64,000 nucleotides of DNA from Escherichia coli (GTDB taxonomy: Bacteria; Pseudomonadota; Gammaproteobacteria; Enterobacterales; Enterobacteriaceae), in the NCBI RefSeq assembly GCF_003790525.1, contig NZ_CP033635.1, one strand, 5' to 3'. The notes below the pieces were generated by a model, which worked only from the letters and a program-made list of their open reading frames with translations, was not told the origin of the DNA and did no database searches. Positions 51,811 to 60,327 of this stretch are shown piece after piece; position 1 is the stretch's first letter; every line of letters starts with the position of its first letter. A program made the translations under genes and the position numbers.

Positions 51811-52124
51811 TTGGGGCCATTTTGACTCATAGAGGAAAGCATCGCGCACAAACTTTTTCAGTTTATTTGTTGGCTTAATATTCTATTGTTATCTTTATTT
51901 ATAGATTTTTATATTGCATGAGGTGGTTTTTGGAGAGAAGAATGAGGAAGATGCATCGAGCCACAGAAACGTTAGCTTTACATATAGCGGAGGTGATGTG
52001 AAATTAATTTACAAGAGAAATAATTTACATATCAAACAGTTAGATGCTTTTTGTCGTTTTTTGATATTTTTATGCTTGAGAAAAAATACGTAACTTATTT
52101 ATGATATGGACAGTTTGGCCCCAA
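51811..52124. promoter_or_regulatory. fimS: fimS invertible element (314 bp) bounded by 9 bp inverted repeats TTGGGGCCA / TGGCCCCAA
   Basis: Inverted repeats at 51811-51819 and 52116-52124 are exactly 314 bp apart (outer edges), between fimE and fimA. Confidence 0.8.
52076..52106 (+). promoter_or_regulatory. fimA promoter (TTGAGA - 18 bp - TATGATA) inside fimS, pointing toward fimE (phase OFF)
   Basis: -35 TTGAGA at 52076-52081 and -10 TATGATA at 52100-52106 read on the + strand; they abut the fimE-proximal inverted repeat, while fimA is on the - strand at the other end. Confidence 0.55.
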
Positions 52125-52171
52125 TTGTCTTGTATTTATTTGTTTTTTAACTTTATTATCAATAAGTTAAA

Positions 52172-52768
52172 TCAAACCTCTTCTCTTTTTAATTTTTCGT
52201 TTATGAGATTATTTCTTTCCCATAATCCGGCAAAACGAGCAGCATTACTGGCGGTATAACGCACAGTATGGCGAATATTTCGATGCCCGAGATAATCCTG
52301 AATTAAACGGGTATCTGCACCACGCTCTGCCAGTTCATAACCGCAAGCATGCCTTAACATATGAGGATGAGTCTGCGTTACGGTTCCAGCTTCAATACCG
52401 GCATCGCGAATAATGCGATAGGCCTGCTGGCGAGAAAGCCGACTCCCGCGGCGAGAAATAAATATAGCGTCGGTCCGGTCAGCGCCTTTCCAGTTAGCAC
52501 GTTCCTGGGTCCAGCGTTCCACGGCTTCACGCTCATCAAAACGTAACGGGTGAACGGTAGAAAATCCGTTCTTCAGTCGGCGAATATTTATTCGACCTTC
52601 ATTAAGGTCAAGGTCCTGATAATGCAGATCAAGCAGTTCACTAATACGCATCCCATGCCGATATGCCAACAGAATAAGACAATAATCTCTGGCTCCCGTT
52701 GCCCCGTAACAAACCGCCTGCATCATGGCCTGAACTTCTTTACCGGTAAGATAACGACGTTTACTCAC
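52172..52768 (-). CDS. fimE: Tyrosine recombinase FimE (ON-to-OFF switching)
   Basis: 198 aa; matches FimE. Confidence 0.9.
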   Translation of the reverse strand: MSKRRYLTGKEVQAMMQAVCYGATGARDYCLILLAYRHGMRISELLDLHYQDLDLNEGRINIRRLKNGFSTVHPLRFDEREAVERWTQERANWKGADRTDAIFISRRGSRLSRQQAYRIIRDAGIEAGTVTQTHPHMLRHACGYELAERGADTRLIQDYLGHRNIRHTVRYTASNAARFAGLWERNNLINEKLKREEV

Positions 52769-53245
52769 AATAGTAGTACTCCTGACTGAGATATATTTGA
52801 ATGAATACCTATAGGAAACCTCAATCGGTCAAAATTAGCCCAATAGATAAAAAGATAACCATACACGAAGTGATGTGGCTATCAGTCAATTACATTAAAT
52901 ATCATACAAAAATAAAATATCACCGATGTGACAACATCTATTTTCATTGATTTGATTCAATATAACAATAGATTGCAGAAGATTAACTTCCAGTTGCTTA
53001 AAAAATAAAGAAAAAAGTGTGGAAACAGGAGAATTTAAGTGATGTGTAAATTTATGAATGATTTTGTTTATTTATTTTGAAGAACATAAACCATTGTATT
53101 TTGTATGGATATGGTTAACTTAATGTTTATTATGATAATTAAGAATTACACTTACAATAACATCAATTAATAAATGGTTAATCATTTTTGATATATCGTA
53201 AGAATAATGTAGTTTTTAACACCATCCATGGTATCTCAACTATCT

Positions 53246-53848
53246 CTATAAAACAGCGTGACGCTGTCGTCCTCTGGCTCTATCCCAGATGCCGTAAAAA
53301 CGCCCTGCATTGCTGGCGGTATACCAGACAGTATGACGAATATTGCGATGCCCAAGATAATCCTGGATAAGTCGCGTATCTATTCCCATATTCGCCAAAG
53401 CAAAACCACACGAATGGCGTAACATGTGCGGATGAATCTCCAGTGACAACCCGGCATTACCACCGGAAGTCGAGATAATATGGTAAAACTGTTGCCGAGA
53501 AAGTGGATTCCCCTTACGTGATAAAAATACCCACTCGCTCTCAGCATGCGGATAAGAAGTACGGATACTCAACCAGTTTTTTAAAGCCTGAATTTCTTTG
53601 TTCAATAGCGGGTGCGTTGTTGAAAAGCCTTTTTTTAATCGATGGATATATATACACTTTGCCTTAAGATCAATATCCGAAATCCTCAATCGGCAAATTT
53701 CACTCGCCCGGAAACCATGAATAAAACAAAGCAAAGTCAGACAATAATTACGTGCAGCATGAGGCCCGGTATTTGCTGCTTTAAGGAGTGATTCGATTTC
53801 ACTATGGGTAAGGAAGTTCCTTTTTTTGTTATCAGCCTTATTCTTCAT
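53246..53848 (-). CDS. fimB: Tyrosine recombinase FimB (bidirectional switching)
   Basis: 200 aa; matches FimB. Confidence 0.9.
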   Translation of the reverse strand: MKNKADNKKRNFLTHSEIESLLKAANTGPHAARNYCLTLLCFIHGFRASEICRLRISDIDLKAKCIYIHRLKKGFSTTHPLLNKEIQALKNWLSIRTSYPHAESEWVFLSRKGNPLSRQQFYHIISTSGGNAGLSLEIHPHMLRHSCGFALANMGIDTRLIQDYLGHRNIRHTVWYTASNAGRFYGIWDRARGRQRHAVL

Positions 53849-54863
53849 CGTTTTCCCTTATAATTACAGACGCGCACTAGCTGTGCTGAGTTAGCAATAA
53901 TCCAACATTTTAATCCTGATTATGTTTATAAAAGCGAACGTTTGCTTAATAACTAACGTAAGTGGACCAGTTCTTCTGAGCGAACTTAAATGGAGTAGCG
54001 ATAGTTACTTATAATAACTTTGCCATACAAACGCCATGCTCTTGCATGCTATGTACCTTTATATATTTATCAATCTGATACGAATCTAATAATAACCCTC
54101 ATCATTAATGCAACTAATCTTATCTATATATCATGTGATATGTTCTGTAACAAGTAAAATCAACATAAAAAATTCAGCAAAATTTAATATTCGTTCAACT
54201 AGCCGTCTCACATATGACATTATTAGTCAACTGCATTTGCCACAAAATGGCTATTTCATGGAACGCAGTTATTTCTTAGTGGCTATTATCATGCTAATTC
54301 TTAGGTCCCTAGCGATTATTCCTGCCTGGTTCATCAGCTTACGCCATGAGATTGTTACATTCCTTTTTATCCTGGAGATATGGGGGAACGCAGGAGATGA
54401 TTTTTTCATCTACATCCGTTGGTAAATATGGCTTTGGTCACTACGACTTAAACCTTCCTCAATCACAGCTATTCGCCGGGCGATACGGCAAACAAACTAA
54501 GTGAAACATCATCCTGAAAACACCAACATCAACAAGCCTCTCCAGATCGACATCAGGAGTGACCAGTTACAAACCACAAACCAAGAAACATATTTCATGA
54601 TGAGAATTATGCTCAGCCTGATGGCGGGTAAACCCTTATTATCACCAAGCTCACTGCGTTAGCTTGCAAAGCTTTCCTTGTTTAGATTCTAAATAAAATT
54701 TTTATAAAACAGATAGTTAAAAGAAAATCTTTAGTTTTTTGAAGACCACCGCAAGTGTTCGTCTGGCTTCACATGGCATCTTCTTCTTAGAAAAAGATCG
54801 ACATATTTTGTGACACGAATTGCAAATCTGGTTTTGTTGTATGGATTGCGTGATTTTTGATCT

Positions 54864-54886
54864 GGTATAACAGGTATAAAGGTGCA
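54864..54886. promoter_or_regulatory. NanR-type operator (tandem GGTATA repeats) in the fimB-nanC intergenic region
   Basis: GGTATAACAGGTATAAAGGTGCA: two exact GGTATA hexamers plus a degenerate third, the repeat type NanR is known to bind. Confidence 0.55.
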
Positions 54887-55302
54887 CCACGATAGTCAAT
54901 GAGACTGGGCATCTCGTAATCTATGGCAAACATCACTTCAGTTCTTTCTCATCGGGTGATGAAAACGCACTTCAGTCAGAAAGGAATATGAAAATGAGAT
55001 CAACAGACACTCTATTTTATGACTCTGGGTAAAATGAATTGAGTAAGTGATATAGCTTACGAACATTCAAATCAATTAAACATCAGAATAGATTTTATAC
55101 TCAGGTATTTAATCTGGCTCTCTGTTTATTTAAATAATGTGGAAAGAGAATTTTCACAGGAGACCTTATACAAAAAATATAAAATACAGCTACTCGTTGC
55201 CAAAGACACTATAAGCCTGGCAAAAAATATTACACAACATAAATGCTAATTGTTTATGCGGGCTTTGTATTGCTTTCTGTATCCTACAAATGAGTGAAAT
55301 TT

Positions 55303-56019
55303 ATGAAAAAGGCTAAAATACTTTCTGGCGTATTATTACTGTGCTTTTCGTCACCATTAATTTCTCAGGCTGCGACACTGGACGTACGTGGTGGATATCG
55401 TAGCGGAAGCCATGCCTATGAGACTCGACTCAAAGTCAGTGAGGGATGGCAAAATGGATGGTGGGCAAGCATGGAAAGTAATACCTGGAATACCATTCAT
55501 GATAATAAAAAGGAAAATGCCGCACTCAATGATGTTCAGGTTGAAGTTAATTACGCGATTAAACTTGATGATCAATGGACGGTGCGCCCGGGAATGTTAA
55601 CGCATTTTAGCAGCAACGGCACACGCTACGGACCCTACGTAAAACTGTCCTGGGACGCGACAAAAGATCTTAATTTTGGCATTCGCTATCGTTACGACTG
55701 GAAAGCTTACCGACAACAAGACTTATCCGGTGATATGTCTCGTGATAACGTTCATCGTTGGGATGGATATGTCACTTACCATATTAATAGTGATTTCACC
55801 TTCGCATGGCAAACGACGCTATACAGCAAACAGAACGATTATCGCTATGCAAACCACAAGAAATGGGCGACGGAAAATGCATTTGTTCTACAATACCATA
55901 TGACGCCCGATATTACGCCATACATAGAATATGACTACCTTGACCGCCAGGGTGTTTACAACGGCAGAGATAATTTATCGGAAAACAGTTATCGCATTGG
56001 TGTGTCATTTAAACTGTAG
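55303..56019 (+). CDS. nanC: N-acetylneuraminic acid outer membrane channel NanC
   Basis: 238 aa from ATG 55303; signal peptide and KdgM-family beta-barrel. Confidence 0.9.
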   Translation: MKKAKILSGVLLLCFSSPLISQAATLDVRGGYRSGSHAYETRLKVSEGWQNGWWASMESNTWNTIHDNKKENAALNDVQVEVNYAIKLDDQWTVRPGMLTHFSSNGTRYGPYVKLSWDATKDLNFGIRYRYDWKAYRQQDLSGDMSRDNVHRWDGYVTYHINSDFTFAWQTTLYSKQNDYRYANHKKWATENAFVLQYHMTPDITPYIEYDYLDRQGVYNGRDNLSENSYRIGVSFKL

Positions 56020-56038
56020 TAGACAGGAGACAGTCACA

Positions 56039-57145
56039 ATGAATAAAACAATAATGGCGCTTGCTATCATGATGGCTTCATTTGCCGCAAACGCGTCTGT
56101 ATTACCGGAAACTCCTGTGCCATTTAAAAGTGGTACCGGAGCAATTGATAACGACACTGTCTACATTGGTTTAGGTAGCGCAGGTACAGCATGGTACAAG
56201 CTGGATACACAGGCCAAAGATAAAAAATGGACAGCGTTAGCTGCATTCCCTGGTGGACCGAGAGATCAAGCAACCTCTGCATTTATTGATGGCAATCTGT
56301 ATGTGTTTGGCGGCATTGGCAAAAACAGCGAGGGCTTGACTCAGGTATTTAATGACGTACACAAATACAACCCCAAAACTAATAGCTGGGTTAAATTGAT
56401 GTCGCACGCGCCGATGGGCATGGCGGGCCATGTGACTTTTGTACACAACGGCAAGGCTTATGTTACTGGCGGTGTTAACCAGAATATCTTCAATGGCTAT
56501 TTTGAAGATCTCAACGAGGCTGGAAAAGATTCAACCGCTATAGATAAAATCAACGCCCACTATTTTGACAAAAAAGCAGAAGATTATTTCTTCAATAAGT
56601 TTCTGTTGTCTTTTGATCCCTCAACACAGCAATGGAGTTACGCTGGCGAATCTCCCTGGTACGGAACGGCTGGTGCGGCGGTTGTGAATAAAGGTGATAA
56701 AACCTGGCTTATTAATGGCGAAGCCAAACCAGGATTGCGAACGGATGCCGTATTTGAACTTGATTTCACCGGTAATAATTTAAAATGGAATAAGCTTGAT
56801 CCCGTCTCATCACCAGATGGCGTCGCTGGCGGTTTTGCGGGGATAAGCAATGATTCTCTTATATTTGCCGGAGGGGCCGGATTCAAAGGTTCACGAGAAA
56901 ATTACCAGAACGGTAAGAACTATGCGCATGAAGGCCTGAAAAAATCATATAGCACTGATATTCATCTTTGGCATAACGGGAAATGGGATAAATCGGGTGA
57001 ATTATCGCAAGGTCGGGCCTACGGAGTATCATTGCCCTGGAATAATAGTTTATTAATTATTGGCGGTGCAACTGCAGGCGGCAAAGCGGTGACGGATTCA
57101 GTTTTAATTTCTGTGAAGGATAATAAAGTCACAGTACAAAACTAA
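56039..57145 (+). CDS. nanM: N-acetylneuraminate mutarotase NanM (Kelch repeats)
   Basis: 368 aa from ATG 56039; signal peptide MNKTIMALAIMMASFAANA. Confidence 0.9.
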   Translation: MNKTIMALAIMMASFAANASVLPETPVPFKSGTGAIDNDTVYIGLGSAGTAWYKLDTQAKDKKWTALAAFPGGPRDQATSAFIDGNLYVFGGIGKNSEGLTQVFNDVHKYNPKTNSWVKLMSHAPMGMAGHVTFVHNGKAYVTGGVNQNIFNGYFEDLNEAGKDSTAIDKINAHYFDKKAEDYFFNKFLLSFDPSTQQWSYAGESPWYGTAGAAVVNKGDKTWLINGEAKPGLRTDAVFELDFTGNNLKWNKLDPVSSPDGVAGGFAGISNDSLIFAGGAGFKGSRENYQNGKNYAHEGLKKSYSTDIHLWHNGKWDKSGELSQGRAYGVSLPWNNSLLIIGGATAGGKAVTDSVLISVKDNKVTVQN

Positions 57146-57209
57146 CGCTTCAGGGCCCCGGTAAAGGGGCCCTGCTATCAATTTGTCATTTGTATTACGC
57201 GAAAATTAT

Positions 57210-58190
57210 ATGAACGCAATAATATCGCCCGATTATTACTATGTTCTTACCGTTGCTGGTCAGTCTAATGCCATGGCGTATGGCGAAGGACTGCCATTAC
57301 CGGACAGGGAAGATGCGCCTCATTCCAGAATTAAACAATTAGCGAGATTTGCGCATACGCATCCCGGAGGCCCGTCATGTCACTTTAACGACATTATTCC
57401 TCTGACTCACTGCCCACACGATGTTCAGGATATGCAGGGTTATCACCATCCTCTGGCAACGAATCATCAAACACAGTACGGCACCGTTGGCCAGGCACTG
57501 CATATTGCACGAAAATTACTGCCCTTTATTCCTGATAACGCAGGGGTTCTCATCGTTCCGTGTTGCCGTGGCGGATCGGCTTTTACCGCGGGCAGCGAAG
57601 GGACATATTCAGAACGGCACGGAGCCAGCCATGATGCTTGTCGTTGGGGATCGGATACTCCGCTATACCGGGATTTAGTCAGCAGAACGCGAGCCGCACT
57701 GGCAAAAAATCCGCAGAACAAATTCCTCGGCGTATGCTGGATGCAAGGCGAATTTGACTTAACGACCAGTGACTACGCGTCACACCCTCAACACTTTAAT
57801 CATATGGTTGAAGCCTTTCGTAGGGATCTAAAACAATACCATTCTCAGCTTAATAATATTACTGACGCGCCGTGGTTTTGCGGCGATACCACCTGGTACT
57901 GGAAAGAAAAATTCCCTCATGCGTATGAAGCTATTTATGGCAATTATCAAAATAATGTTTTAGCCAATATTATTTTCGTCGACTTCCAGCAACAAGGTGA
58001 AAGAGGACTGACGAACGCGCCTGTTGAAGACCCGGACGATTTAAGCACGGGATATTACGGTTCAGCGTACCGGTCACCGGAGAGCTGGACGACGGCACTG
58101 CGAAGCAGTCATTTCAGCGCGGCAGCCCGTCGGGGGATTATTTCTGACAAGTTTGTAGAAGCAATTTTGCAGTTTTGGCGCGAAAGGTGA
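57210..58190 (+). CDS. nanS: 9-O-acetyl-N-acetylneuraminate esterase NanS
   Basis: 326 aa from ATG 57210; third gene of nanCMS. Confidence 0.85.
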   Translation: MNAIISPDYYYVLTVAGQSNAMAYGEGLPLPDREDAPHSRIKQLARFAHTHPGGPSCHFNDIIPLTHCPHDVQDMQGYHHPLATNHQTQYGTVGQALHIARKLLPFIPDNAGVLIVPCCRGGSAFTAGSEGTYSERHGASHDACRWGSDTPLYRDLVSRTRAALAKNPQNKFLGVCWMQGEFDLTTSDYASHPQHFNHMVEAFRRDLKQYHSQLNNITDAPWFCGDTTWYWKEKFPHAYEAIYGNYQNNVLANIIFVDFQQQGERGLTNAPVEDPDDLSTGYYGSAYRSPESWTTALRSSHFSAAARRGIISDKFVEAILQFWRER

Positions 58191-58243
58191 GCGTTCATTA
58201 ATTTGATTTATTTGCATCCATCAACGCTTTTAACTGCTCCGGC

Positions 58244-58990
58244 GTGCGGCACTATAATGGTTTTCACAACAAGGAGCCATTTTCTTATACCACTTTCAGA
58301 GACCATCCGCTTATGCCACCGCCCTCTACGCAACTGTTTGCAGAGCACCTTCCCACCGAGTGGATACAGCACCTCCTGACGCTTTCTGCTCATGCGACCA
58401 TTTGTCGTCTTAACCTGAGCGCGGATGGCGAAGCGGGGATTAGCCTGCTGGCCCGCAGCGCTGTCACCCAGGAGCGCCAGCGCGTGGGGGCCCCCTGGTG
58501 GAATGGCTCTTCCGCCAGACCGCACAGACATGGGGCGCGGAACGTTACCTGAAGGATGACTGGCACGGCCTGCAACTTTTTGCCATTGATGGCGCACAGT
58601 TCAGGACACCTATGAACCTGAGTTGCGCGAATATTATGGCTCTGCCAACACATCCACTGAGCGGCAGAGCGCCTACCCGGTCATGCGTCTGGTGGCGTTA
58701 ATGAATCTGGGAATCACATTCTGCTGAATGCCATGACCTCGGCCTACCGGCGGAGCGATACAGCGTGAGGCAACTAAAGCGGCGTCAGAAATCAGCTTTA
58801 AGTTCGCATTCCAGTTTATCGTGACAGAAATGATAGTGCAGGGAAATACGGCGTCACCAGGAACCATCCCGAAACGGCTGGAGCATCTGCGGGGTGCTCT
58901 GGAAGCGGTGTTCCCACGACTATCAAGGCCGAGGGCTGTTAAGGTATCAAAAACCCGTTATCCGGTGAAACACAGTGCCGCCCCGCTTAA
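58244..58990 (+). pseudogene. IS4-family transposase remnant (frameshifted, internally deleted)
   Basis: Translations in two frames align to IS4 transposase segments as I recall them (e.g. QTAQTW ... LFAIDGAQFRTP and the C-terminal KTRYPVKHSAAP); no intact ORF; no terminal inverted repeats identified. Confidence 0.5.
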
Positions 58991-59163
58991 GTGACGGCAT
59001 TGTGTTTCTGACTGGCCTTAACTTTCCCTGAATCTCTGACGATCCTCACCATTGATATTTTCTTCATTCCTCACCAGAGAAATAAAAAATCACTATACTC
59101 ATCAAAATATGAGATTACATTTATTCAGGCGATCACCTTACTATTTTATACGGAAAATAAATC

Positions 59164-59814
59164 ATGAATATCCGTCAATCATTACATGACCGAATCTATG
59201 CAGAATACCCTCAACAGGCTAAAGATATATTACTGTATTTCCCCACTTATGAAATTATGCCATCGACCATAAAAATGGTTATGATTAATGAGGTGGTAGC
59301 TATAACACCGCAAGAAGATTTTTATACACCAGAGTCTGGTTATTTTACGACTGTCGCCCGACAGTTAGCGCTGGCTGGATTATCGGCAAGTAGTGGCGAA
59401 GTCTTACTCAACCATGGTATCTACCTGACCTCCGCACTGAAACTACCTAAAACACAGATCACAGCCACACCCGCGGAGATCATTCTCTGGTCACCTATTG
59501 TAGAATGGGAGCTCGAACTCTTTGCCAATATAAAAGTTATTTTCGTTGGCGGCGATATCGCGCGAAAATGCCTTAACATCATCGCGAAAAAGCAAACACG
59601 TAAACATGCCATCCCTTCAACTCCGACGTACAAACTGATGAATAGCGAATTAGTCTGGAAAGGAATAAGCATACTTCCTGGATATATTCTTACCGGAAAA
59701 AACCTGCTCATTGAAAAGTCAAAAATCGAAATGAATGTCGAACAATTAAGAAAAGGAATTGCGATTTATCGCAATAGTAACAGTAACCATACGAATAATT
59801 CAGTTCATGAATAA
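59164..59814 (+). CDS. Hypothetical protein (216 aa), AT-rich; possibly uracil-DNA-glycosylase-superfamily-like
   Basis: ATG 59164; no close family recognised; weak resemblance to UDG-fold motifs (IFVGGDIARK ... KHAIPSTP); convergent with the helicase gene. Confidence 0.45.
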   Translation: MNIRQSLHDRIYAEYPQQAKDILLYFPTYEIMPSTIKMVMINEVVAITPQEDFYTPESGYFTTVARQLALAGLSASSGEVLLNHGIYLTSALKLPKTQITATPAEIILWSPIVEWELELFANIKVIFVGGDIARKCLNIIAKKQTRKHAIPSTPTYKLMNSELVWKGISILPGYILTGKNLLIEKSKIEMNVEQLRKGIAIYRNSNSNHTNNSVHE

Positions 59815-60327
59815 GAGATGAATCATTAATAACAAGAAATCACTGACAAACCACCTGTAAAAGGTCAATCATTTTAGTTCAATTTCCTTTGTCATGATTA
59901 TATTTTTATCGTCCTGACGATACTATTAACAATTACAATATTTATACCCTCCCCAGAACAAACAGAAAAGAACTCATACATTCGTTTATAATTCTGGTAA
60001 TCCTGGCATCATACGTTTAAAATTTAAGGTGTTTGTTTTATAATCATGATTCCAAAGACTATTGGTCACCAGAAAATGCCAGCCTTTTCGTGCCAGCTAT
60101 ATTTGTCCAGTGTGTTACCCCATCCAAAAATCATCCACATCCTGATGTTACGTTAGATATAGAGAAAACAGGTTGTACTGTGCAATATGCTAACCGCATA
60201 AGCGAATATAATTTCTAAGCTGATATTGTCTGGCTGTTGGGAGCTAAACAATATAAATATCGCCAGTTGCCAGAACGGTTATATAGACCAGGAGCGTTTC
60301 GGCTCCTGGTCTGTTTCGGACATATTA

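Noticed and set aside
52172-53848. fimE and fimB as phage-type integrases marking a mobile element
   Set aside because: They are the dedicated tyrosine recombinases of the fim switch, in their conserved chromosomal context.
54108-54425. 105 aa ORF in the fimB-nanC intergenic region
   Set aside because: Lies in an AT-rich regulatory region, has no ribosome-binding site and low-complexity hydrophobic composition; probably a spurious ORF.
58208-58597. 129 aa minus-strand ORF overlapping the IS4-like remnant
   Set aside because: Antisense to the recognisable transposase fragments and with no recognisable motif; treated as an artefact of the decayed IS.
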